A DNA stretch of 64,000 nt from an uncultured Candidatus Saccharibacteria bacterium (lineage in GTDB: Bacteria; Patescibacteriota; Minisyncoccia; Phycocordibacterales; UBA3531), in NCBI GenBank assembly GCA_964361405.1, contig CAYIAA010000004.1, forward strand, positions 10,508 through 74,507, read 5' to 3'. A program made the translations under genes and the position numbers. Every line of letters begins with the position of its first letter. The stretch's first letter is position 1. Shown here one piece after another: positions 11,215-20,993 of the stretch. The notes beneath the pieces are model-generated. The model did no database searches, was not told the DNA's origin, and was given only the letters and a program-made list of their open reading frames with translations.

Positions 11215-11808
11215 ATGAAGCGTGAGGAACGTGAACGTGCGGAGCGGGCGCGGGAACGAGCACGAATGGGGAAGCGGACACTGCGCTACTTTCTCATAGG
11301 GGTAGTTGTGCTTGGAGCCATATTCATTTTGTATCGTGCGCTTGAGAGAGGAACTCCAGCGAGTACGGACCAGAGCATCGAATACCCCATACAAGGGAGA
11401 GAGCACATTGAAGTTGGATCTACCCATCCGCCTTATAATTCAAATCCGCCGTCTTCGGGGTGGCACTATGAGGAACCAGCAAAGACAGGTTTTAGAGAAA
11501 AAGAGATTCCTGATGAACATCTGGTGCACTCTCTCGAGCACGGCGATATCTGGATTGCATACCATCCACGAGTGGTGAGCGAGGTGAAGGAGGCGCTCCA
11601 AGAGTTCGCTGGCAGTAAAGTTGTCGTGACCTCGAGATTGGCGAATGACACGGATATAGCGCTCGTCGCGTGGGGACGGGTGGATAGTTTTAGTCTCGAT
11701 CCATCCGGATTTTCCGCCACGACTACAACGCGGATTAACGATTTCATCACACGTTACGTAAATAAAGGACCCGAGCAGATTCCGGCGGGAATGAGTGAGG
11801 GGATTTAG
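11215..11808 (+). CDS. DUF3105 domain protein
   Basis: TM then 'YNSNPPSSGWHY', 'VHSLEHG', 'ALVAWG'. Confidence 0.8.
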   Translation: MKREERERAERARERARMGKRTLRYFLIGVVVLGAIFILYRALERGTPASTDQSIEYPIQGREHIEVGSTHPPYNSNPPSSGWHYEEPAKTGFREKEIPDEHLVHSLEHGDIWIAYHPRVVSEVKEALQEFAGSKVVVTSRLANDTDIALVAWGRVDSFSLDPSGFSATTTTRINDFITRYVNKGPEQIPAGMSEGI

Positions 11809-11835
11809 GATTACCTTTCGTGTGTGGGTAAATCT

Positions 11836-13026
11836 ATGAACCCGATAGGATTTACCATTGAGAAAGAAGATTCCAGTCGAGCACGCACTGGCAGACTCTC
11901 CACTCCTCATGGCGTGGTGGAGACACCGGCATTTGTCGCGGTTGGTACCAAAGGAACCGTGAAATCGCTTACTCCGGATGACGTTCGTCGAGCGGGTGTT
12001 GGCATCGTATTTGCAAATACCTTTCACCTCTACCTTGAGCCGGGCGAGAAAATAGTCCGGGATGCGGGAGGACTCCACGCGTTCATGAACTGGAGTGGAC
12101 CACTGATGACTGACTCCGGTGGATTTCAGGTTTTTTCACTCGGTGCGGGATATGAAGGGAAAGTGAATAAATTTGGAGGGGAAGAGGAGTCGAGTTTGGT
12201 AGCGAAACCTCCACACCACCCTTTAGTTCGTGTCGATGATGACGGCGTCACGTTTCGTTCGCCCTTGGACGGAAGCGAGCACCGTTTGACCCCGGAGCGC
12301 TCGATAGAGATACAGAGGAACTTAGGAGCCGATATCGTTATTGCTTTTGATGAGTGCACATCACCTACGGCACCGCGGAAGTATCAGGAAGAAGCGCTTG
12401 TGCGGACGAATTTGTGGGCTACGCGTTCGCTCGAAGCCTTCGAGCGTCTCGGCACTTCAAGAAAACAAGGTCTCTTTGGGGTTATCCAAGGTGGGCGGTT
12501 TCGCGATTTGAGGGAAGCGAGTGCAAAATATATCGCCTCACTTCCATTCAGCGGGTTTGGCATTGGAGGGTCTTTCTCAAAAGATGATCTCGGTGACACA
12601 CTTCTCGCAGTTACCCTACACTTGCCCGCGGAGAAGCCGCGGCATCTTCTCGGTATCGGAGAGCCAGAAGATATATTTCAAGGAGTCCGCGCAGGCGTTG
12701 ATCTTTTCGACTGCGTTTCTCCGACACGCGTCGCGCGCACGGGAACTCTTTACACGAGAAAAGGGAAGATGAATATCGGAAACGCTCGGTTCAGAAATGA
12801 TTTTTCCTCGGTTGACGAAACCTGTATATGCGAACTTTGCCAAAACTATACCCGCGCCTACCTCGCACATCTTTTTCGCGCGAAAGAAATTCTCGGTATC
12901 CGGCTCGCGACAATGCACAACCTCACTTTCATCACCTCTCTCTTTCGGCGCATTCGCGAGTCTATTGCTGAGACCAAACTGGATTATTTTGAAAATGAAT
13001 TTTTCTCACACTATCGGGTGTCATGA
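11836..13026 (+). CDS. tgt: tRNA-guanine transglycosylase
   Basis: 'TPHG.VETPAF', 'NTFHL', 'TDSGGFQVFSL', 'FDC..PTR', zinc site CICELC...H. Confidence 0.95.
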   Translation: MNPIGFTIEKEDSSRARTGRLSTPHGVVETPAFVAVGTKGTVKSLTPDDVRRAGVGIVFANTFHLYLEPGEKIVRDAGGLHAFMNWSGPLMTDSGGFQVFSLGAGYEGKVNKFGGEEESSLVAKPPHHPLVRVDDDGVTFRSPLDGSEHRLTPERSIEIQRNLGADIVIAFDECTSPTAPRKYQEEALVRTNLWATRSLEAFERLGTSRKQGLFGVIQGGRFRDLREASAKYIASLPFSGFGIGGSFSKDDLGDTLLAVTLHLPAEKPRHLLGIGEPEDIFQGVRAGVDLFDCVSPTRVARTGTLYTRKGKMNIGNARFRNDFSSVDETCICELCQNYTRAYLAHLFRAKEILGIRLATMHNLTFITSLFRRIRESIAETKLDYFENEFFSHYRVS

Positions 13027-13033
13027 ATGTAAC

Positions 13034-13062
13034 TTGACTCTCCATTTTTTAGTGAGTACACT
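13034..13062 (+). promoter_or_regulatory. Sigma70-type promoter for the intergenic RNA candidate
   Basis: TTGACT (13034-39), 17-nt spacer, TACACT (13057-62). Confidence 0.65.
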
Positions 13063-13086
13063 ACAACCTAGAAAGAAATTGACAGT

Positions 13087-13237
13087 GGAAGGTCTTGGAG
13101 CTCGTGCCGCACACCACCTCGCTACTTCACCAACGCATACTCTCGTTCCATATCCCTCCATGTTGCCACCTGGAACGAAAGTAGAAGGAGGAAGAGGAGT
13201 CTAGCGAGCGCGAAAACTCGCTCTTCGAGATCATCCC
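13087..13237 (+). ncRNA. Candidate structured ncRNA with 6S-like rod topology
   Basis: Nested stems 13091-100/13223-232, 13122-127/13179-184, 13143-150/13171-178 and hairpin 13203-222; own promoter and a downstream hairpin. Confidence 0.4.
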
Positions 13238-13241
13238 TGGG

Positions 13242-13289
13242 CCCCACCTTGCGTCGCTTCGGCGTTCGCAAGGTGGGGTTTCTCATTTA
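13242..13289 (+). terminator. GC-rich hairpin, probable intrinsic terminator
   Basis: 12-bp stem CCCCACCTTGCG/CGCAAGGTGGGG followed by TTTCTCATTT. Confidence 0.55.
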
Positions 13290-13323
13290 TGGGGTAGTCT
13301 AAGTAATATACTATGTATTCGAC

Positions 13324-15372
13324 ATGAAAAAAGGATGTTTTACCATTCATTCGCCGTGGGAGCCCGCTGGAGACCAGCCCAAGGCTATTGCCGAGCTTGT
13401 TCACGGTCTTAGAAAGGGGACGCGGCACCAAACACTTCTTGGGGTGACCGGTTCTGGAAAAACATTTACGATGGCGAACGTCATAGAGAACTGGGGAAAA
13501 CCGACACTCGTTATTGCACACAATAAAACTCTCGCCGCGCAACTCGCACAGGAATATCGAGAATTTTTTCCTGAAAGCGCTGTGCACTACTTTGTATCCT
13601 ATTATGATTTCTATCAGCCGGAAGCATACATTCCGCACTCCGACACCTATATAGAGAAAGACGCACAGGTGAACGAAGAAATTGACCGCCTGCGGCATGC
13701 AACGACCCAGGCTCTTTTGACACGGCGTGACGTCATTGTCGTCGCGTCGGTTTCGTGCATCTATGGGCTCGGTAGCCCGGAAGAGTATGAGGTTGCGAAT
13801 ATTCTCATTTCCCGTCGCGAGAAACTTACTCGTGCCACTCTTATGCGACGCCTCATAACGCTTCACTTTGAACGAACAAACGCCGATCTCAAACCCGGAG
13901 TTTTCCGCGGTATCGGGAATGCGGTCGAGATCGTCGGGTCGGGCGACCGACATATTACGCGGATTGAATGGAAAGGTGAGAAAATTGATCGGATTGAACT
14001 TATTGACCTTATCACGCGAAGGATTTTACGTGGGCTTGACTCCGTTGTTATATTTCCCGCAAAGCATTTCATGACGCCCGGCGATGAAATGAAGCGGGCG
14101 CTTGCCGCAATCTCGGATGAGCTTCAGGAGCGGCTTTCAGAACTTACAAAGGCGGGGAAACTTCTTGAAGCGGATCGCCTGAAACGCCGCACGAATTACG
14201 ATATGGCCATGATGCGCGAGGTTGGATACTGTAATGGTATTGAAAACTACTCACGCCATATCTCGGGAAAAAAAGCTGGCGAGCCGCCCGAAACCCTCCT
14301 CTCCTATTTTCCGCGTGCGAAAGATGGCACACCGGAATTTCTTACGGTGATTGATGAAAGTCACGTAACACTCCCGCAGATACGTGGGATGTATGAGGGA
14401 GATCAGTCACGCAAACGAACCCTCGCCGAACACGGTTTTCGGCTTCCATCAGCGCTCGACAACCGCCCGCTCCGCTTCAGTGAATTTGATGCACGCATTG
14501 GGGCAGCTATCTACACTTCCGCAACGCCCGCCGAGTATGAGCTTGAGCTCTCGAGGAAGGAAGGCAAGGTTGTGGAACAAATCATACGACCGACGGGGCT
14601 CGTCGACCCGGAGATTGAAGTGCGCCCGATTATTAGTTCATCGAAAGGAAAGAGCTACGGAGGACAGATTGCTGACTTGATAGAAGAAGTTATCAAAGTT
14701 ACCGGAGAGGGCGGCAGGTCGATTGTGACAACTTTGACGAAAAAAATGGCAGAGGATTTGAGTGAGTACCTGAAAGAAAAAAAAATCAAGGCCGAATATC
14801 TTCACAGCGATATCAAAACGCTTGAGCGCATCAAGATTCTCACCGAATTTAGGAGGGGAACATTCGACTGCCTCATTGGTGTGAACCTTCTTCGTGAAGG
14901 ACTCGATTTGCCCGAAGTCGTTTTCATCGGTATTCTCGATGCGGATAAAGAAGGATTTCTTCGCTCGGAGACTTCGCTTATTCAAACCATCGGCCGAGCC
15001 TCACGGAATGTTCGTGGCCGTGTGATTCTCTATGCAGACCACATGACGGGCTCAATGGAGCGTGCCATCGGAGAGACGAACCGTAGGCGGGGAGTCCAGC
15101 TCGCGTACAACAAAAAGCACGGAATTACGCCGAAATCGATTCAAAAATCGGTTGGTGATATCACTGAACAGATTGAGAGCACATACAAGAAAACCGTCGC
15201 TGATATTCTTGCCATAGATAAACTACGTTTCTCGGAGAATCCAAAGAAACTTATTGCCGAGAAAGAGAAACAAATGAACGAAGCCGTGAAAGAGCTTGAT
15301 TTTGAGACCGCGGCGATTGTGCGAGATGAATTACTCGAGCTTCGACGTCTGGTTGGAAAAACACTCGATTGA
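13324..15372 (+). CDS. uvrB: Excinuclease ABC subunit B
   Basis: GVTGSGKT, 'SYYDFYQPEAY', DESH, 'NLLREGLDLPEV', C-terminal UVR domain. Confidence 0.97.
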   Translation: MKKGCFTIHSPWEPAGDQPKAIAELVHGLRKGTRHQTLLGVTGSGKTFTMANVIENWGKPTLVIAHNKTLAAQLAQEYREFFPESAVHYFVSYYDFYQPEAYIPHSDTYIEKDAQVNEEIDRLRHATTQALLTRRDVIVVASVSCIYGLGSPEEYEVANILISRREKLTRATLMRRLITLHFERTNADLKPGVFRGIGNAVEIVGSGDRHITRIEWKGEKIDRIELIDLITRRILRGLDSVVIFPAKHFMTPGDEMKRALAAISDELQERLSELTKAGKLLEADRLKRRTNYDMAMMREVGYCNGIENYSRHISGKKAGEPPETLLSYFPRAKDGTPEFLTVIDESHVTLPQIRGMYEGDQSRKRTLAEHGFRLPSALDNRPLRFSEFDARIGAAIYTSATPAEYELELSRKEGKVVEQIIRPTGLVDPEIEVRPIISSSKGKSYGGQIADLIEEVIKVTGEGGRSIVTTLTKKMAEDLSEYLKEKKIKAEYLHSDIKTLERIKILTEFRRGTFDCLIGVNLLREGLDLPEVVFIGILDADKEGFLRSETSLIQTIGRASRNVRGRVILYADHMTGSMERAIGETNRRRGVQLAYNKKHGITPKSIQKSVGDITEQIESTYKKTVADILAIDKLRFSENPKKLIAEKEKQMNEAVKELDFETAAIVRDELLELRRLVGKTLD

Positions 15373-15456
15373 CGAGAATGCCTCTAGGATTTGAGGGACC
15401 GGAGGTCGACATGCTAAACTCACGGTACCCCTCTAGGGCACCAGAGCGGGTTTTTC

Positions 15457-16473
15457 ATGTTATTTAACGAAGGTACTCGGGCACCACAAAAACTCCTCGT
15501 CGCGGCACTTATCGTGACCGGCTTTGTTGTGGGCGGAGTGGCTCTCTTTGAGGCTCACTTTGTGAGCACTGGAGAGCTCACTCTACTCCTTGAAGAGTCA
15601 AACCAAGAGATTGCTCTACTCCGCGATGAGCTTGGTCAAGTTACTATTGAGACCGAAACTCTCCTTAAAAATGCAAGCGAAGAGACAAAGCGGGAAGTAG
15701 ATCAAAGACTTGCCGAAGAAGCGAAAAAGCTCGCTTCAGTCGAGGAAAAACTCTCGCAGGAATCTTTTGAGCGGAATAAGGCAGAGTCGCAGATACGGGC
15801 TCTGACCGGACTTTCAGAATCGAAAATTCTCGAACTCGAACAAAAATTCTCGAATTCACAATATAACGTAGCCCAGGTGATTGCGGCGTGGAGACCTCGG
15901 ACAGTGAGTGTCGTTTGCAATTTTGGGCTAAACAAGCGGAGCGGATCGGGAACGCTGTACCGATATGTCGAGAACGGAGCGGAAAAATTTGCCGTTCTTA
16001 CCAATCGTCATATCGTTATTGATTCGCAAAACATATCCGCATCTTCATGTGAACTGCGGTTTCCCGACCATACCACGACATATACCGGCTCTCGCGCCGC
16101 GGGTGACATCGAGATTTCAAGCGACGGGTATGATTTCGGACGTATCATAATCGGAAATCCGAGTCAGTATCTTCGGAGTATCGCAACGTCCAATGCATCT
16201 TTCTGCTCCCTGCGCGCCGCTATCGGGGACGAGATTATCATCTTAGGGTACCCGCTCATCGGTTCGCAGAATGATATAACGGCGACGGACGGCATTATCT
16301 CCGGGTACGACTCCGACTACTACATCACTTCCGCCAAGGTTGAACAGGGGAATTCAGGGGGCACTGCAGTCCTTCTCTCGAAGAATTGCCTCCTTGGAAT
16401 TCCAACCTTTGTTCAGCTGGGAACGCTCGAGGCGCTCGCGCGCATTCTCGATATCAGTGTTATTGCGCGCTAA
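15457..16473 (+). CDS. Membrane-anchored trypsin-like (S1C) serine protease with coiled coil
   Basis: TM, coiled coil, TNRH, D in 'YDFG', GNSGG catalytic motif; no PDZ. Confidence 0.8.
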   Translation: MLFNEGTRAPQKLLVAALIVTGFVVGGVALFEAHFVSTGELTLLLEESNQEIALLRDELGQVTIETETLLKNASEETKREVDQRLAEEAKKLASVEEKLSQESFERNKAESQIRALTGLSESKILELEQKFSNSQYNVAQVIAAWRPRTVSVVCNFGLNKRSGSGTLYRYVENGAEKFAVLTNRHIVIDSQNISASSCELRFPDHTTTYTGSRAAGDIEISSDGYDFGRIIIGNPSQYLRSIATSNASFCSLRAAIGDEIIILGYPLIGSQNDITATDGIISGYDSDYYITSAKVEQGNSGGTAVLLSKNCLLGIPTFVQLGTLEALARILDISVIAR

Positions 16474-16475
16474 GC

Positions 16476-19034
16476 ATGGAAGATCACATCACAATCAAGG
16501 GGGCGCGGACGCATAATCTCCAGAATGTTTCCCTTTCTCTCCCGCGAAACAAACTGATTGTTTTCACCGGACTCTCGGGATCGGGTAAATCCTCTCTCGC
16601 CTTCGACACGATTTTTGCGGAAGGACAGCGTCGTTACGTCGAATCGCTTTCGGCCTATGCCCGGCAATTTTTTCGGCAGATGCAGAAACCCGATGTTGAC
16701 GAGATTACCGGTCTTTCCCCAGCCATCTCCATTGATCAGAAATCACGTTCCAATAATCCTCGCTCGACCGTCGCCACGATTACGGAGATTTATGATTATT
16801 TGCGCGTTCTCTATGCTCGCGTAGGCCATCCACACTGCCTCGAGTGCGGTGACGAAATTAAGAAACTTTCCCAAGAGGAAATTACGAATCTCGTGCTTGC
16901 CCGTGTTGGAAAAGGAGTTGGGTATTCAAAAATACAGATTCTCGCGCCAGTCGTGCGCGGGAGAAAAGGGGAATACTATCAACTGCTCTACGACTTCCTC
17001 GGCAAGGGGTTCGCAAAGGTTGTCGTTGATGGTGAAGAAAAAAGTCTCCGCGAACGGATACTTCTCTCGCGCCATAAGAAGCATCACATTGACATCGTTG
17101 TTGACGAGCTCGATCCAGGGGCATTTCCCGGTAAGCGCGGTTTCCGCGAGCGGCTTTCCGAGGCAATCGAGCGCGCACTTGCCGAGACGGACGGAATCAT
17201 TCGAGTTTCTTTTTCCAAGGGGAGACGGAAGAAACCTTCGAAAGACGACACTCCAGACGAAATCCTTGTATCAACGAACTATACCTGTCCCAAGGACGGT
17301 TTTTCTTTTGTTGAGATTGAACCGCGTCTTTTTTCATTCAATTCTCCGTATGGCGCGTGCCCAAAGTGCCACGGCCTCGGCACTAAACACTTTTTCGGAG
17401 AAGAAGATTGCGAGACGTGTAAGGGTGCTCGGCTTCGCCCTGAAGCGCTCCATGTGCTTATTGGAGGGAAGAATATTGTTGACCTCGCGAATTCCACCAT
17501 TGCGGATGCATCAGGGTTTTTCGATGCACTTTCGATGACGGAGAAAGAGAAAGAGATTGCGGCACCAGTGACACGGGAGATCATATCGCGACTCTCCTTT
17601 ATGCTTGAAGTGGGGCTTGATTATTTGGCACTCTCGCGCCGTGCCAACACGCTCTCCGGCGGAGAAGGTCAACGCATCCGACTTGCTTCCCAGCTCGGCT
17701 CGCGGCTCGTGGGTGCGCTCTATGTTCTGGACGAGCCAACAATCGGGCTCCATCAGCGCGATAACGAGCGGCTTATAAAAACCTTAAAGGAACTCCGCAA
17801 TCTCGGGAATACGATTATCGTGGTCGAGCATGATGAAGATACGATCTATGCCTCTGACTATCTTGTTGACATCGGTCCCGGGGCGGGAATTCACGGCGGC
17901 AAGATTGTGGTCTCCGATGATACGGATAAATTACTCACCGCAAAGCGCAATACATCGAAATCAATCACACTTGAGTATCTCCGCGGCGAACGAGAAATCC
18001 CTATTTCTCTCCCGCGACGAGGGAAAGATAAAGGCACGCTCGTGATTGAAGGCGCTTCTATCTATAACATCAAGAACCAGAATTTTTCGATTCCACTCGG
18101 AAGAATAATCGCAATTACCGGTGTATCCGGTTCCGGCAAGTCAACGCTTCTCTATGAACTTCTGTATAAAAATCTTCGGGCGCGTTTTGACCGTCGGTAC
18201 CGGTCAAATGAAGTGTTCCATTGCGCCAAGTTTTCCGGGGTAGAGTATGTGAGTCGCACGGTCTTGGTCGACCAAAGCCCCATCGGCCGGACGCCGCGTT
18301 CGAACCCCGCTACCTATACGGGTACTTTTACCTTTATCCGCGAACTCTTTTCCGCTACGGAGGAGGCACGGTTCCGCGGGTGGGGCCCCGGGAGGTTCTC
18401 TTTCAATGTCCGAGGTGGGCGCTGTGAGGCATGTGAGGGAAATGGGAGTATCGCCGTTGAAATGCAATTTTTGCCCACTGTCTTTGTCACCTGCGATGTA
18501 TGCTTGGGGAAGCGATTTGAAGCCGAGACGCTTGAAGTTCGTTACAAGAAAAAAAATATCTACGATGTTCTCAAAATGACGGTCGAGGGGTCGCTTGAAT
18601 TTTTTAAAGACATTCCCGCGATTTACGATCGCCTGAAAACGCTTGACGATGTGGGACTCGGCTACCTTGAGCTCGGGCAGAGCGCGACGACGCTCTCTGG
18701 CGGAGAGGCCCAGCGGATTAAAATTTCCTCCGAACTCTACCGGCCTTTTACCGAGCGCACTATCTATCTCATGGACGAGCCGACAGTGGGGCTTCACTAT
18801 GAAGATGTCCGACATTTGATTGTGGTCTTAGAGCGACTCGTCAACCGCGGTAATACCGTGGTAGTGATTGAGCATAACTTAGATGTCATCAAGTGTGCCG
18901 ACTGGGTTATTGACCTCGGCCCAGAGGGGGGCGTTGGAGGCGGAAGGGTTATTGCCAAAGGAACCCCCGAAGAAATTGCCGAGAACAAACATTCCCACAC
19001 TGCAAAATATTTGAAGAGAACTCTTAAAAAATGA
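16476..19034 (+). CDS. uvrA: Excinuclease ABC subunit A (insertion domain missing)
   Basis: GLSGSGKSSLAFDT, two LSGGE signatures, zinc fingers; ATG at 16476. Confidence 0.96.
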   Translation: MEDHITIKGARTHNLQNVSLSLPRNKLIVFTGLSGSGKSSLAFDTIFAEGQRRYVESLSAYARQFFRQMQKPDVDEITGLSPAISIDQKSRSNNPRSTVATITEIYDYLRVLYARVGHPHCLECGDEIKKLSQEEITNLVLARVGKGVGYSKIQILAPVVRGRKGEYYQLLYDFLGKGFAKVVVDGEEKSLRERILLSRHKKHHIDIVVDELDPGAFPGKRGFRERLSEAIERALAETDGIIRVSFSKGRRKKPSKDDTPDEILVSTNYTCPKDGFSFVEIEPRLFSFNSPYGACPKCHGLGTKHFFGEEDCETCKGARLRPEALHVLIGGKNIVDLANSTIADASGFFDALSMTEKEKEIAAPVTREIISRLSFMLEVGLDYLALSRRANTLSGGEGQRIRLASQLGSRLVGALYVLDEPTIGLHQRDNERLIKTLKELRNLGNTIIVVEHDEDTIYASDYLVDIGPGAGIHGGKIVVSDDTDKLLTAKRNTSKSITLEYLRGEREIPISLPRRGKDKGTLVIEGASIYNIKNQNFSIPLGRIIAITGVSGSGKSTLLYELLYKNLRARFDRRYRSNEVFHCAKFSGVEYVSRTVLVDQSPIGRTPRSNPATYTGTFTFIRELFSATEEARFRGWGPGRFSFNVRGGRCEACEGNGSIAVEMQFLPTVFVTCDVCLGKRFEAETLEVRYKKKNIYDVLKMTVEGSLEFFKDIPAIYDRLKTLDDVGLGYLELGQSATTLSGGEAQRIKISSELYRPFTERTIYLMDEPTVGLHYEDVRHLIVVLERLVNRGNTVVVIEHNLDVIKCADWVIDLGPEGGVGGGRVIAKGTPEEIAENKHSHTAKYLKRTLKK

Positions 19035-19035
19035 T

Positions 19036-19071
19036 CTAGCCCCGTCCGGCTTGGCTACCGGACGGGGCTAG
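19036..19071. terminator. Perfect 14-bp inverted repeat between convergent genes
   Basis: CTAGCCCCGTCCGG ... CCGGACGGGGCTAG just after the uvrA stop; no clear U-tract. Confidence 0.5.
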
Positions 19072-19372
19072 GGGGGAAAAGCGTGATGATCTGCGAGAGG
19101 ATTTCGACCGCTCTTTGCAGTGTTTCCGTGGGGAGATCGACATTCTCAGACACGCTGGGGTGTCTTTCCATGGCGAACGCGAGGCGGATATACTTGTGTC
19201 CCCGGTGCAGATTGATCAGGTGACGGAGATCGGTCAGAGAGCACGTGCTGATGAACTTGCTGTCAGCAGAGACAAGGGAGACCATATGGTTTTTATGGTC
19301 GTACCTGACGTGCAAACCCTCAACCGTTTCTGGAACAGCGATCATGAAAAAAATTTCGCTTAGAGTCGGCAA
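19055..19372 (-). CDS. Hypothetical protein
   Basis: 105-aa ORF filling the gap, 2 nt after the upstream ORF; start uncertain. Confidence 0.5.
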   Translation of the reverse strand: MPTLSEIFFMIAVPETVEGLHVRYDHKNHMVSLVSADSKFISTCSLTDLRHLINLHRGHKYIRLAFAMERHPSVSENVDLPTETLQRAVEILSQIITLFPPSPVR

Positions 19373-19374
19373 GG

Positions 19375-19623
19375 CTACAGGTCTTCCTCGGCAAATGACC
19401 GTGTTGGTGGGGTGTTTTCGCCCGCAAAATCAATAGCCGCAAGTGCGGTGCTACGGGCTATATGAGCTCGAGCTTCATCTCGTGGAATACCATGCCGTGC
19501 AAGAGATTCCACTTTGTCGTTGAGAATCCATTTGAGATGGCCCATGAGGTTCCTGCACTCGTACTCGATAATTGTCCTGATTTGTTTCTCCGCTAAGATT
19601 CTCGATTCCGGTGCTTCACCCAC
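19375..19623 (-). CDS. Hypothetical protein
   Basis: GTG start preceded by AAGGAG on the minus strand. Confidence 0.55.
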   Translation of the reverse strand: MGEAPESRILAEKQIRTIIEYECRNLMGHLKWILNDKVESLARHGIPRDEARAHIARSTALAAIDFAGENTPPTRSFAEEDL

Positions 19624-19747
19624 TGTCTGTCTCCTTTGTGAGATTTATTAAGAACACTCTTTTCCTATACTGCCGATATGAAGTGGATGAGTCAAGCTTT
19701 TCTACAAACATTGAGTATCATGAGTGTCTTCCGTTACTATTGATGCC

Positions 19748-20968
19748 ATGGATCAAAAGGATTTGAAACAACCCATCCCGAATTCTCCGGGCGTATATTT
19801 CTTCCGGAGCGGCAAGAGCCGTCGTTCTCGCCCACTCTATATCGGCAAGGCGACCTTTCTTCGAGACCGCGTGAGAAGTTATTTTACTGCCGATATTTTG
19901 AGCGCGCGGGGGCCGCGCATCGTTACAATGCTCCGAGAGGCGAAATCGGTTGAAGTAGAAGAGACGGACTCTGTCCTTGAAGCGCTTATTCTAGAGAGCA
20001 AATACATCAAGCGTTACCAGCCAGTTTATAACGTTCAGGAGCGCGACGATAAAAGTTTCAATTATGTCGTTCTGACGCATGAGGAGTTTCCACGTGTTTT
20101 GGTCGTGAGAGGGCGCGAACTCGGCCGTGATTCAAAAATGAAAGTCCAAACGATGTTTGGTCCTTTCCCGCATGGAGGAGAGTTACGAAGTGCGCTCAAA
20201 ATCATCCGGAGACTTTTTCCATACCGCGACCGTTGTACACCGAGGGCGGGGAAGCCTTGTTTCAATCGCCAAATTGGTCTCTGTCCGGGTGTTTGTACCG
20301 GCGAGATGGGGGTAGAGGAATATAGAAAAACGATTAGAAACTTGAAACTGTTTTTTGATGGGAAGAAGAGAGAAATTGCGGCGCATTTGAAACGTGACAT
20401 GAAAGCGTTTGGCCGCACACATGAATTTGAAAAAGCCGCGATTGTGCGAAATACGCTCTTTGCACTTGACCATATCCGAGACGTGTCGCTCCTCAGGCGC
20501 GAGGCACCGAGTGTTTCGGAACCATTCTCGAGAATTGAGGCCTATGACATCGCGCATATCTCTGGCACGAATACGGTGGGAGCTATGACGGTATGGGAAG
20601 GGGGAGAATTGATGCGCTCCGGGTACCGACTTTTTAAGCTTCGTAGCAAGAGAGGTGCAGACGACACCGGAAATTTGAGGGAGGTACTTGAACGACGGAT
20701 GGGACATTCAGAGTGGCGTCTTCCCGATGTCATTGTCGTTGATGGGGGCATGGCGCAGGTGAATGTAGCGCGCGGTGTACTCGCCGAGAGAGGGTTTGAT
20801 ATTGCAGTCGTTGGCGTCGTGAAGGATTCGCGGCATCGGGTGGCGAAACTCGTGGGGAATGTGATGGCGCTTGGTACCCGAAGGGATGCGGCAGTACTTG
20901 CGAATGCTGAAGCGCATCGTTTTGCCGTAACCTATCACAAGAAATTGCGGTCTCGGTTATCCTCCTGA
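19748..20968 (+). CDS. uvrC: Excinuclease ABC subunit C, short form
   Basis: GVY..YIGKA GIY-YIG domain, Cys cluster, UVR domain, 'IEAYDIAH', 'VDGG..Q', 'EAHRFA'; no C-terminal HhH. Confidence 0.88.
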   Translation: MDQKDLKQPIPNSPGVYFFRSGKSRRSRPLYIGKATFLRDRVRSYFTADILSARGPRIVTMLREAKSVEVEETDSVLEALILESKYIKRYQPVYNVQERDDKSFNYVVLTHEEFPRVLVVRGRELGRDSKMKVQTMFGPFPHGGELRSALKIIRRLFPYRDRCTPRAGKPCFNRQIGLCPGVCTGEMGVEEYRKTIRNLKLFFDGKKREIAAHLKRDMKAFGRTHEFEKAAIVRNTLFALDHIRDVSLLRREAPSVSEPFSRIEAYDIAHISGTNTVGAMTVWEGGELMRSGYRLFKLRSKRGADDTGNLREVLERRMGHSEWRLPDVIVVDGGMAQVNVARGVLAERGFDIAVVGVVKDSRHRVAKLVGNVMALGTRRDAAVLANAEAHRFAVTYHKKLRSRLSS

Positions 20969-20993
20969 CGCTTTACTGGGTTATACTAGACTT

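Noticed and set aside
11220-11265. Short tandem-like repeat (GAACGT/GAGCGG)
   Set aside because: Explained by a low-complexity Glu/Arg/Ala coding stretch
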